A stretch of 45,776 nucleotides of DNA from Octopus sinensis (Eukaryota): assembly GCF_006345805.1 (NCBI RefSeq), contig NW_021834845.1:1-45776 (forward strand), in the 5' to 3' direction. The position numbers were made by a program, and so were the translations under genes. The notes under the pieces are model-generated. The model saw nothing but the letters and a program-made list of their open reading frames with translations, was not told the origin of the DNA and ran no database searches. This document shows positions 12,480 through 24,839 of the stretch, one piece after another. Positions within the stretch are counted from its first letter, which is position 1. Every line of letters begins with the position of its first letter.

Positions 12480-13131
12480 GGTCGTGGCCGAAGCCAGTGC
12501 CGCCTGACTGGCACCCGTGCCGGTGGCACATAAAAAGCTCCATTCGAGCGTGAACGATGCCAGTGCCACGTGACTGGCACACGTGCCGGTGGCATATAAA
12601 AAGCACCATTAGAGCGTGAACAATGCCAATGCCACGTGACTGGCACACGTGCCGGTGGCATATAAAAAGCACCATTCGAGCGTTAACGATGCCAATGCCA
12701 CGTGACTGGTGGTATATAAAAAGAACCATTTGAGCGTGGCCGGTGCCAGTGCCGCCTGACTGGCACCCGTGCCGGTGGCACATGAAAAGCACCATTTGAG
12801 CGCTGCCGATGCCAGTGCCGCCTGACTGGCACCCGTGCCGGTGGGACATAAAAAGTACCATTCGAGCGTGAACGATGCCAGTGCCACGTGACTGGCACAC
12901 GTGCCGGTGGTATATAAAAAGAACCATTCGAGTGTGTTCGATGCTAGTGCCGCCAGACTGGCACCCGTGCGGTGGCACATAAAAAGCACCATTCGAATGC
13001 GGACGATGCTAGTGCCGCCTGACTGGCACCCATGCTGGTAGCAAATTAAAAGCACCATTTGAGCGTGGCCGATGCCAGTGCCGCCAGACTGGCACCCGTG
13101 CCAGTGGCACATGAGAAACACCATTCGAGCA
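12480..13131. repeat. 66-bp tandem repeat, ~10 copies
   Basis: aagcaccatt-like anchor at 12535, 12601, 12667, 12721, 12787, 12853, 12919, 12984, 13050, 13116. Confidence 0.92.
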
Positions 13132-13149
13132 TGTTCCTTTTCAACCTTC

Positions 13150-13204
<55 letters not shown>

Positions 13205-13224
13205 CATATATATTCTCTATATCC

Positions 13225-13442
13225 TATACTTGTTTCAGTCATTTGACTGTGGTCATGCTGGAGCACTGCCTTTAGTCGAACAAATCAATCCCAGAACTAA
13301 TTATTTGTAAGCCTAGTACTTATTCTATCGGTCTGTTTTGCCAAACCGCTAGGTTATGAGGGACGTAAACATACCAACATCGGTGTCAAGCAATGGTGGT
13401 GAGGGACAAACACAGACACACAAATACATACACATATATATG

Positions 13443-13478
<36 letters not shown>

Positions 13479-13633
13479 ACTTCTTTCAGTTTCTGTTTAC
13501 CAAATCCACTCACAAGGCCTTAATCAGCCAGAGGCTATAGAAGAAGACACTTGCCCAAGGTGCCACGCAATGGGACTGAACCCGGAACCATGTGGTTGGG
13601 AAACATGCTTCTTACCACACACCCATTCCTGTT
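13225..13633 (-). mobile_element. tRNA-derived SINE, family A
   Basis: Reverse-complement copy of the same family. Confidence 0.8.
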
Positions 13634-14129
13634 TATATATAAACAAGACAAAGACTACTTAAATACTTGATTTAAATGTCCAAAATGAAAGCAGACACTC
13701 AAAACTGGTGACCTTCACTGCTGACTTTATTGAAAAAATGAATGTCGGACCCTTTTGAGTCTATCTGTATTCTATCATCATAAGTAGATACCTTTGTTTC
13801 CTTTAGGTTATTGATAATTTTTCTATCATGTCATCTTGATCAGTGACCCTTGACCTTTTGTAATTCAGCACGCCCTTTCTCTGAAGGGTAGAAAAAAAAA
13901 CCCCAATTACAACAAAAAATAATAAAGATTATTCTAATGAAACATAAGCTAGGTTTGCTTAGTGGCTCTTTATCTTATACTGTTCCATCCAATATTTACT
14001 TCTTTTTTAGATATTTGTGTGCTATTAGTGTAACCAATTAAGTAAAATTCCGTAGCTGGTAACCAGAGGGAGAAGCTGTCCTTTCGACCAATATGTTGCT
14101 GTGGGTGTCACTGGATGATGGACTCTGGT

Positions 14130-14450
14130 GATGATGTTATTCCATGCTTTCCAATCCATGGTGCTGGCTTTAGCTGCACCAGGCTCAATCTGATCTGGCA
14201 AAGTTTCCACAGCTGGATGCCCTTCCTAATGCCAACTTCTCCAAGAGTGTAGTGGTTGCTTTTACATTCCACCGGTACGAGGGCCAGTCAGGCAGTTCTG
14301 GCAATGACCACGCTCAAGTGGTGTTGTTTACGTGCTACCTGCACAGGAACCAGTCCAGCGGCACTGGCAACAACCACGCTTGAATGTTGTTTGTCACGTG
14401 CCACCGGCACAAGTGCCAGTAAGGCAACGCTGGTAACGATGATGCTCGAG
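14130..14450 (-). mobile_element. SINE-like repeat carrying ~3 degenerate copies of the 66-bp unit
   Basis: Body cagctggatgcccttcctaatgccaac, related to 31200-31425(+), which ends in a (GAT)n tail. Confidence 0.6.
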
Positions 14451-14752
14451 TGTGTGTCTGTGTATGTGTGTATAAGTAAATATACGTATCCTGACATCAT
14501 GTGATGGTTGTAAACGAGCATCACTGTCATACAAGTGAGGTTGTTCATTTCCAGTCTTCTGTGAAAAACATGTCTGGCCATGAAGGAAATATTACCTTAC
14601 TTGGAAACAGGTGGGTGTTGGTGACGGGAAGAGCTCCCAGCTGTTGAGAAAATCTTCCTCAGCAAATTCTGTCTGATCCATGAAACCATGGAAAAGTGGA
14701 TGTCAAATGATTTTGATGATTATATATATATTTATATATAGATAGATATATA

Positions 14753-15136
14753 GGCACAGGAGTGGCTGTGCGGTAAGTAGCTTGCTTACCAACCACATGG
14801 TTCCGGGTTCAGTCCCACTGCGTGGCCCCTTCAGCAAGTGTCTTCTACTATAGCCTCGTGCTGACCAAAGAATGGTGACTGGATTTGGTAGACGGAAACT
14901 GAAAGAAGCCTGTCGTATATGTATATATATATATGTGTGTGTGTGTGCATATGTGTATCTGTGTTTGTCCCCCCAACATCACTTGACAACCAATGGTGGT
15001 GTGTTTATGTCCTTGTAACTTAGTGGTTCGGCGAAAGAGACCGATACAATAAGTCGATTTGCTCGACTAAAGGCGGTGCTCCAGCATGGCCGCTGTCAAA
15101 TGACTGAAAAAAGTAAAAGAGTAAAAGAGTAAAGAG
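14753..15136 (+). mobile_element. tRNA-derived SINE, family A
   Basis: Full head through (AAAAGAGT)n tail. Confidence 0.85.
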
Positions 15137-15553
15137 TATAGATAGATATTTTTAACTTCTACTTTTGTATACTTGCATAGGTCAGACAAAACTTGCTGAA
15201 GCAGATTTTCGGTGTTTGGAAGCCTTTCTTGTCACCAACCCTTACCTCAAGTAAGTTAATATTTTTCATAATCTTCCAAATATGATCGTTGCAACACAAT
15301 GACAAGCCATGATTTCAAAGAAGAAAAGCCAATTTAGTATTTAACTTCAGCTGACGTAGATAACGAAAGAATAAAATATAAACATAGAAATTCTATGCCA
15401 TGACAATTAAATTATAGGAAAATCATTATAATTGGTGGGTTATTTAGGTTATTTACTATTGAAATATTAGAATGCTTTTCAATATGTATGAAAACATTTC
15501 AATGTAAAATTATTTCTATAATTTAATAATGCTAATCTAGAAGTAATTAAAAA

Positions 15554-15595
<42 letters not shown>

Positions 15596-15779
15596 GCCAT
15601 GATAGATTGTTAGACACTACACACATTTTTTTCTCTCCTTGTTTTTTCTGTGTCCCTTTCTGTAGAAGAGCGTAGGCTCGAAACGTAAAAGATTTTTTCT
15701 ATTCCTGAGCATTATACTAATACATCTGTTTGTTTTGTACACCACCTGTCTTCGTCTTTTGTTTTTTTTCGTAAACTCT

Positions 15780-15813
<34 letters not shown>

Positions 15814-16102
15814 GATATGTGTGTGTGTTATCAGCCACAGGTTGAGCACTGGTAATTTGTTGGGAAAGAAGGCAAGGAATCAGCTCTGGACTTGCGCAGC
15901 CAATGTTTTTTTGTGCTCATACTGTCCTATTCTGTTTGTAGGAGATGGTACAGCAGTTGGTGCAGCTATGCTAGGCAAGGAGATTCTGTACCTGTATTTT
16001 CCAGGTGTTGTGATTGATCTCAAAGCACTTCAGTCTTAGTAAATACTCTAATAAATATCATTGTAACTATTGTTGTCGTTCATATTGGTTTCAGTGCCAA
16101 AT

Positions 16103-16754
16103 ATGGCCCTTCTGTCATTCGGTATAATCACGGACATTCAGTATGCGGACAGAGAAGACGGCTACGACTTCTTCAAAATCCAGAAACGGTATTTTCGTGC
16201 CTCGTTGGAACAGACAAACAAAGCTATCGACCACTGGATGCAGTCCGACAACGAGGTGTCATTTATCCTACAGCTTGGTGACCTCTTGGATGGCTACAAC
16301 AAACGGAACAACCAAAGAGATAGTGCTTTAGCATGCATGAAAAAAGCATTTTCTAAATTCCCCAGAAATATCTATCATGTTTGGGGAAATCATGAATTCT
16401 ATAATTTTACCCATGAAGAACTTCTCAACTCTATACTGAACAGTTCTTTAAATAAGAATTGTGAAAATATTCCTGGTAGAGGCTATTATTCTTTCACACC
16501 ACACAAGTCCTTGAAATTCCTTATCCTTGATTGTTATGCTGTCAATGTGATTGACAAGATGAGTCTAAATTACCAAGAGGCAAAGGAAATATTTAAAGTG
16601 AACCCAAACAAAGACATCAATAGTTCAGATGGTCTTGATGATTCCACGTGCATGGTTGTTGCATATAATGGTGCCATCGGAAAAGCCCAGATGGAATGGA
16701 TATCTGCATCTCTGCAACAGGCTGAAAAACTGCATCAAAACGTTGTGATCTGTG
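16103..16754 (+). CDS. ADPRM: ADPRM coding exon 1 (MALLSFGIITDIQYAD...QNVVIC)
   Basis: Acceptor tttcag ends 16094, ATG at 16103, donor G|gtaagt at 16755. Confidence 0.93.
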
Positions 16755-16791
16755 GTAAGTTTCAAAGTTTTGTCTTTAGGATTAAATTATT

Positions 16792-16840
<49 letters not shown>

Positions 16841-18123
16841 CTCTCTCATCTCTCTCACCCCTCTCTCTCTCCCTCTCAGACTTACCTAGTACCTTGAATT
16901 ATTGGTGACCCATTGGGTCACAGGTAGTCTAGTATATATATGGTGCTGTATGAACATTTAATGTGATTTTAGAGTCAATTTTGGTTGCTATTTCCAGCGT
17001 GGTGGCATCTCTTAGATACCCTAAATTATAATTTTATATATATACACACACATACATACATACATATGTATATGTGTGTCTGTGTTTGTCCTCGCCTTCA
17101 CCGTTTGACAAAAGAGACCAATAGAACAGGTACCAGACTTGCCAAAGAATAAAGTATTGGGGTTGATTCATTCACCTAAAGATATTCTTCAACATGGTGC
17201 CCCAGTATGACCACAGTCTAATAACCGAAACGAGCAAAAAGTCAGATTTGTATGTTTGTGAATTGGTTCAGTTGTTTACTAATTAATGCTAATAATAATG
17301 ATTTCAAATTTTGTCACAAAGCCAGCAATTTGAGGGCCAGAGGGTTAGTCGATTTGCACCAACCCCCCTCACAGCCACTTATAAATATATTCCTCTCTTT
17401 TAACAGTTCCTGAGAATAGCTAAAATTATAACAATTCCTGCCAACAGACTTCCTGTTTGAGTTTTGGCATTACTGCACATATCAGCACCATTTTGGTTCA
17501 CTAATTTGCCTTCATTATACCATTCATAATGATACTAATTACCCAAGAATATTTAATGATGATTCATTAACTCCAGTTTTTCTTGTTGTTCTTTGATTTT
17601 CCTTCCATTTCTCTGTGCTTCTTCTGTTGTTGTTGTTGTTGTTTGTATTGTTGTTTAACCCTTTCGCGACCAACCTGGCTGAAACTGCTTCTGGCTCTGA
17701 GTACAAATGTCTTGTTTTCATAAGTTTTGAATTAAAATCTTCCACAAAACCTTAGTCACAATTTATGCTCCCAACACTAGCTTAATGATAACTAAGTTAT
17801 TTTACTAAATTCTTCGTTATATTAAAAATTAATTGAAAGAAACACATAGCGTCTCAAAATGAATACAGTAATGAAAAGGTTAACCTTGGGTTAGCTTAAT
17901 TTTAACAGACCTGTAACCAAGGATATAATAACCACAACTCTAATTCTGGATGTTTTCTTCTGACCTAGTCTATCTAAGAATACACTGTCTAATGTATTCT
18001 TTCTTCTTAAGATAGTTGCATGGGTTTGTGGGAAATTTGGCTGTTATTTTTAGCACTTCAAGAGACCACAGATAGACTTATTTTATACTTTCTTTTATTC
18101 TTTTTATCTGTCACACATGCATG

Positions 18124-18154
<31 letters not shown>

Positions 18155-18207
18155 GTATGTATGTGTATATATATATGTATATATGTATGTATAATATATA
18201 TATATGT

Positions 18208-18276
<69 letters not shown>

Positions 18277-18835
18277 AAGAAAGAGAGAGAGAAGGTCTCA
18301 TTCTGGCAACATGGCCAGCTGGAACTACCTTCTATTGAATATTAAATACTGCTTCCAATAACATGGCCAGCTGCGACTTACCTTCTATTTGTTTTGTTTT
18401 TTTGGGATCTTTTCAGATTGGCTCACAGATTTTTTAATTAATTAACTTTTTTTTTTCAACAGATCCATATTTTTATGTCCTCTGTTTCTTTGAAATTATC
18501 AGAAATCATTTCTTACTTTCATTTCTACAGGCCACTGTCCAGTTTACATCAAATCTTGCAACATTAAAAGCCTCTGCTGGGATTACGCTGCCATCCTCAA
18601 GTTGATCTCCAGCTACAACTGCGTACTGGCTTATTTTGCCGGACACGAGCACCAGGGCGGCTTTGCCATCGATCCTAAAGGTATCTACCACATCACATTC
18701 CCTGGAGTTATCGAAACCTCACCGGACACTAGTTGCTTTGCCACAGTCGAATTACACCCACGCACATTACAGGTATGGGGTCAAGGCAAAATCCAGAACT
18801 ATTCTATACCTCTTCGATATGAAGTTAAAACATAG
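16103..18835 (+). CDS. ADPRM: Manganese-dependent ADP-ribose/CDP-alcohol diphosphatase, complete CDS join(16103..16754,18531..18835), 318 aa
   Basis: Metallophosphoesterase motifs in ADPRM form: DIQYAD (Q in place of the usual H), QLGDLLDG, WGNHEF, YNGA, GHCP, AGHEHQGG, C-terminal GVIET. Exons of 652+305 nt = 957 nt join in phase 1 across a GT-AG intron. Confidence 0.95.
17659..17879. mobile_element. piggyBac-type MITE in the ADPRM intron
   Basis: TTAA|CCCTTT...AAAAGG|TTAA; same family as 28111, 28363 and 37907. Confidence 0.8.
18531..18835 (+). CDS. ADPRM: ADPRM coding exon 2 (GHCPVYIK...LRYEVKT*)
   Basis: Pyrimidine-rich acceptor ttctacag ends 18530; frame matches exon 1; contains AGHEHQGG; stop TAG at 18833-18835. 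Confidence 0.93.
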
Positions 18836-18896
18836 CTCCTCTCCCCACCACCTCCCTACCTCCCCCCTACTCTCAAATAGCAAAAATGTACAGACT

Positions 18897-18902
18897 AATA
18901 AA
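18897..18902 (+). terminator. Candidate polyadenylation signal of ADPRM
   Basis: AATAAA ~60 nt after the stop, followed by a GT-rich (TTG)n tract. Confidence 0.55.
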
Positions 18903-18969
18903 GATTTATTTAAAAGTTCTTTCCAATACATTCCATGCACTGTGTTGTTGTTGTTGTTGTTATAGTGAA

Positions 18970-19283
18970 GGCGGCGAGCTGGCAGAAACGTTAGCATGCC
19001 GGGCGAAATGCTTAACAGTATTTTGTCTGCCGCTACGTTCTGAGTTCAAATTCCACCGAGGTCGACTTTGCCTTTTATCCTTTCAGGGTCGATTAAATAA
19101 GTACCAGTTATGCACTGGGGTCGATATAATCGACTTAATCTGTTTGTCTGTCCTTGTTTGTCTTCTCTGTTTAGCCCCTTGCGGGTAGTAAAGAAATAAG
19201 AATTGGTAGCATGCCAGATAAAAATGCTTAGCAGTATTTTGCTCATCTTTATGTTCTGAGTTCAAATTCCACCAAGGTCGACC
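18970..19283 (+). mobile_element. SINE family B plus a partial second head, just 3' of ADPRM
   Basis: Full copy 18970-19199; another copy at 19691-19894. Confidence 0.8.
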
Positions 19284-20349
19284 AGCCAATTTGCTCTCAA
19301 GTCTCTGTTGTTTTTAGAAGCTGAGGTCACAGAGGTCAATGCTACAATACTTTTCGTGTTAGATTTTGACTGACACTCCATTGGTTATGACGACAAGTGT
19401 TCCACACCAGCTGAGTACACCACAGACATATGTACTCTTAACATAGTTCTTAGTGAGATTCAAGTATGACATAGGATGTGATAAGGCCGGTTCTTTGAAA
19501 TACAGGTACAATTCAATTTTTGCCAGTTGAGTGAAATAAAGTGTCTTGCTCAAGAACACAATATTCCACCAAGAATTGAACTTGTGACCTGAGATCATGA
19601 GCCAAATAACCTAAGTACTAAGCTATGTACCTTCAGATCTATTGGATCATCATACTGGCATGAGCTGGACAGGTCGATAGGAACTAATAAGGCGGCAAGC
19701 TGGCAGAAATGTTAGCACATTGGGCGAAATGGTTAGCAGTATTTCGTCTGCCGTTACATTCTGAGTTCAAATTCCACCGAGGTCAACTTTGCCTTTCATC
19801 CTTTCGGGGCCGATAAATTAAGTACCAGTTACACACTTTGTCTGCCCTTGTTTGACCCCTCTATGTTTAGCCCCTTCTGGGCAATAACGAAATAAGGAAC
19901 TAACAAGCCAGAAGCCTGTGCCAAGCTCTCATGTTGATGCCATTCCCCATGCTCACCAATTTACAGACTGTACTGGGTGCTTTTCGCTTAACACCAGCAC
20001 TAATTTGGGCTACGGAAACAAAAACTTCTATCACCACCATGTTTGTTTCTGTCATAATCTTTTTGCTACTATCATCTTTATTACCGTCCTGTTGCTGTCG
20101 TCTTTATTATTGTCCTAACCATACAAAACTACAATATAACAAAAGGAAACAACAAGGCAAAGAAACAAACATGAACATTATAATGTGTGTTATGTAAAAA
20201 AAAGAAAGAAAGAAACAACAAAATCGGGAGCTGATGCACAAAATGTTTTTATATATGATGACATAGATTAATTAGTCCAGGTGACATAACATCTGATGAA
20301 TGTTTAATTGGTATGAAATCTATGTATTAGGTCCCCATATTCAAACCAA

Positions 20350-20622
20350 TATACATATTATATATGTATGAATATTATATATAATATATATATATATATA
20401 TAATATATATATATATATATAATATGTATATATGTATATTATATATATATGTGTATATGTATATTACATATATATATATATATATAATATATATTATATA
20501 TTATAATATATATATATAATATGTATATATGTATATTATATATATATGGTATATGTATATTTAATATAATATATAATATAATATGTATATATGATATTAT
20601 ATATATATGTGTATATGTATAT

Positions 20623-20658
<36 letters not shown>

Positions 20659-20922
20659 GTATATATGTATATTATATATATATATATATAATATGTATAT
20701 ATGTATATATATATATGTGTATATGTATATTACATATATATATATATATAATATGTGTATATGTATATTAAATATATATATATATATAATATGTGTATAT
20801 GTATATTATATATATAGATATATAATATGTGTATATTATATATATATAATTATGTTATATTATATATATATATATATATATATATTAATATATAATATGT
20901 ATATATATATATATATATATAT

Positions 20923-21006
<84 letters not shown>

Positions 21007-21014
21007 ATATATAT

Positions 21015-21048
<34 letters not shown>

Positions 21049-21075
21049 ATATATATATATAATATATATTAATAT

Positions 21076-21125
<50 letters not shown>

Positions 21126-21134
21126 ATATATATA
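20350..21134. repeat. Imperfect (TA)n array
   Basis: Read directly from the sequence. Confidence 0.95.
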
Positions 21135-21339
21135 CAGGGTGTCCCAGAAGTTGTGCACCACCCTGGTTTTTTAAAAAAATACACCCTTATTGATTTCAAA
21201 AACACTTTATTGAAAATAATAACAAATGCTCAAATTGAGAACCCTATACGATAAAACATGCAGAAAAATATAACAAAATAAAATGCTTTAATTATCTTTA
21301 ATGGAAACCAGGATGGTGCGTGACTTCTGAGACACCCTG
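21135..21339. mobile_element. Tc1/mariner-type MITE
   Basis: TA|CAGGGTGTCCCAGAAGT...ACTTCTGAGACACCCTG|TA. Confidence 0.85.
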
Positions 21340-21774
21340 TATATATATATATAGGAAGTTAATGATATGGCCTGTCTTAAAGTGACCAATGGTTTTGCAT
21401 CTATAAGGCTAAGCACTTTATAGATGCAGAAACCATTGATTGGCCATATAAATAACTTCCTATAAATAAATTACTGCTCTAACGTTTAGTGCATAGAGAT
21501 AGTAAACAGGTATCAAATCAGTTTATAACATCTATTTGTACCCACGTATTAATAGGTGATAAGACAACCTGATTCATGTTGATTGACTGACTGTTTTTCA
21601 CTTTGGTTCCAATATTCACACACCAACTCAGTCAGTAGATCACCTATGACTAGTTTTCATTTAAGTAGTTATCACATCCCTGCTCTTAAAGCTGGGTGTC
21701 AGCACAATTTGACCTGGAAACTAATTATTATAAGCCATTATCTTATGTCATTCAATATCTTATATTACCCATAA

Positions 21775-21833
<59 letters not shown>

Positions 21834-21853
21834 GCATATATAATATACATGCA

Positions 21854-21891
<38 letters not shown>

Positions 21892-22203
21892 TATATACAC
21901 ACATATATATACATATATATTAAGTTAGACATGGCCTGGACCAATCTTTGGTCGAAACATATCTAAGTTTAAGTTTTATATATACATATATATGTACATA
22001 TAAATCTCATCACCCAATAGTAATAAATGTAACAGCTGTTATGGCCTGGTGGCACACTTAACGTAATTCAAATGAAGATAAGTTTTCTCATTTTTTCCTG
22101 TGAAGCAATAAACACACCGGGATTTACAGAACACATAAGTCATTAACCTTTAGACTCTATCAAAATGCATCCATCACCAGCATCTCACAATGCATCAATT
22201 TAT

Positions 22204-22237
<34 letters not shown>

Positions 22238-23014
22238 CAAAATTTAAAGGACTGACCACGAAAAGTGGACAGTCAATATGCTAGATATAGACGTCAAAAT
22301 CGTATATATCTAGCATATTGACATCTATATCTAGCATATTGACTGTCCACTTTTTGTGGTCAGTCCTTTAAATTTTGTGTGAAAAATATTTTAATCTTCG
22401 AATTTTTTTTAATATGCTAGGCCACTGGTTTTAATTGATTAATATCAATTTCTACCCTTATTCAATTATATATATAAATATATATATATGTATGTGTGTA
22501 TGTGTATTTATATATGAATATTTCCTTCTTTCTGTATTAATCTCACTCTATGTATGAGTATGTGTATATGTGTATGGTTTTGTTGGAAGAGATATGAATT
22601 TGCACTTCTCTATATACCTACCTAATTTACACACGCACACACACACACACACACAGATATGTATGTACATATACATACACACGTTTGTTGGAGGAACTGA
22701 CAAGCCAGAGGATCGCACCAAGCTCCAATGTCTTCTTTAGAAAGATCTCTACTGCTGGATGCTCTTCCTTAAGCCAAGCACTCACAGAACAAGAACTCCA
22801 CAACTGAGTGGGATACAGCATTGATGGTCAAAGTGTGGCAAAGGAAGAGGAACAGGAGTCCTGCTGAAGAGGAAACATAGGGCTTCTCAAGATTATATAT
22901 ATATATGTCCTGCTCGCTTAGCTAGCGGGGTGGCATCATTTGAAGGCTAAAACAATGCGAAGCGCATTGTGACCAGCGTTGTGTAGCAACATCTGATAGC
23001 CTGGTCGGTCACGG

Positions 23015-23060
<46 letters not shown>

Positions 23061-23848
23061 GCATATGTGCATGCGTGTGTGTATCTAAATGCAAAAAGTA
23101 AGTAACAAGTAAATATTGAATTCACATATTTCCATAGAAGCCCAATTAGGTTTATAACTTCTGCTACAATCATGCTTTATTGCGATGATAACACGGTTGT
23201 CTACCCTTGGTCTTTTATTTAAGTAGGAGTTGCCTTTCTTGGTTCCGCAACATTTTATGTAGTCTTAATATTAAAACTTAGTCATGGAAGAGATGTGGAA
23301 GAATAAAGATTGGATAGTCATTAAAAGGACAAGTTCCTGTCATTGTGTGTGTGTGTGTGTGTGTTTGGAGAGTACTGTAATTTAGTTGAAGCATTGCAGC
23401 ATGTAAAAAAAATAAGATTAATGTTTGTAACGCCTTTGAGCAATACAAGTTAGAAGTAGATCAAAATATGTTAGGTTAATGTCAGTGAACGAAAGACTAA
23501 AAGAAATATTCTATATTACCTTACTTGGGTTGTTTAATAATCCAATAATATTTCGGGGGAAAATCCACTTTTCAAAGGAAAAAAAAAACCATTCAGTTAG
23601 AGAGACTGAGATGGCTTGCTGAAAATAACCAACTTCTCTGGAGTCTGATTATTTCCTTTCTTTTATAATATTTTCTGATATACGACTCCAATTTTTTAGA
23701 CCAAAATTTACAGGCAAAAGAAGTAGGCTGACTCATATACAAAGACGACTTTGGAGGATCAAAATCTCCATATGAAATGCAGCAGGATTTAGAAAAACAG
23801 TGATGATGTTTGACTCCTTCATGTTTATACTATGCACTATATCATAGT

Positions 23849-24014
23849 CAGGGCCAGCTCAAGGAATTGGCAACTTAGGCAGTCACCCAGGGCACCATGG
23901 GCTAGGGGGCGCCAAGGAGGGCATGACAAAGACAAGAAAATTTCCACAACCATCAGCTTGGTCACACTGAAGTTCAGCTTGCCTGGGATGCCAGCAACCC
24001 TAGGGCTGGCCCTG
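23849..24014. mobile_element. hAT-type MITE
   Basis: TIRs CAGGGCCAGC / GCTGGCCCTG; degenerate 8-bp TSD; partial inverted copy at 25068-25118. Confidence 0.65.
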
Positions 24015-24425
24015 GCTATAGTATAAACACTACATGTTTATACTATATACTACATTAACTTGTGTGCCAGAAAATATGGTATTCACTGTGGTATAAGCTC
24101 ACATACATGCAACATTCCCCTCTAAATTGGATCAGAGTATTGAAGAGTTCAAAGCAGGCGCTTTTAAGGGGAGGGTGCAAGACGATGATATTGACACAAG
24201 TACTTGACTGGTACTTTATTTTATCATCACCCACCCCAGGAAGGAAAAAAAAAAGTTGACCTCAGTGAGATTTGAATCCTGAATGTACAGAACTGGAAGA
24301 AATTTTTCTAAGCATTTTGTCTGACATGCTAACGATTCTTCCAGTTCACCATTTATATATCCATACAGAACATAGCATTAATTAGAATCTGTGGAACATG
24401 TATTTTATTTCTTTATTTATTTCTT

Positions 24426-24839
24426 ATTTCTTTATTGCCCACAAGGGGATAAACATAGAGGGGACAGACAAGGAGAGACAAAGGGATGAAGTCGATTACA
24501 TCAACCCCAGTGCATAACTGGTACTTAATTTATCGACCCCGAAAGGATGAAAGGCAAAGTCACCCTCAGCGGAATTTGAACTCAGAATGTAACAGCAAAT
24601 GAAATACCTATTTCTTTACTACCCATAAGGGGCTAAACACAGAAGGGACAGACAAGGACAGACAAACGGATTAAGTCGATTATATCGACCCCAGTGCTTA
24701 ACTGGTACTTATTTAATTGACCCTGAAAAGATGAAAGGCAAAGTCGACCTCAGCGGAATTTGAACTCAGAACATAATGGCAAATGAAATACCGCTAAGCA
24801 TTTCGCCCAGCGTGCTAACATTTCTGCCAGCTCGCTGCC
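24426..24839 (-). mobile_element. SINE family B tandem dimer
   Basis: Two head-to-tail reverse copies. Confidence 0.8.

Noticed and set aside
12480-13131. CRISPR-like array or repeat-protein ORFs
   Set aside because: Units repeat in full with no unique spacers, there are no cas genes, and the context is eukaryotic; the ORFs arise because 66 is a multiple of 3.
16755-16897. C-terminal extension of the 275-aa ORF (and its TTG start at 16070)
   Set aside because: Read-through into the intron CT repeat; the true frame splices at 16754 and starts at ATG 16103.
20289-20325. CTGATGA...GAAA motif
   Set aside because: Stem II is mostly G-U pairs and stem III/cleavage triplet geometry is incomplete.
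21925-21966. Hammerhead-like remnant (ttaga..gacca-atct-ttggtc-gaaacata-tctaa)
   Set aside because: Stems and GAAA are present but the CUGANGA core is missing.
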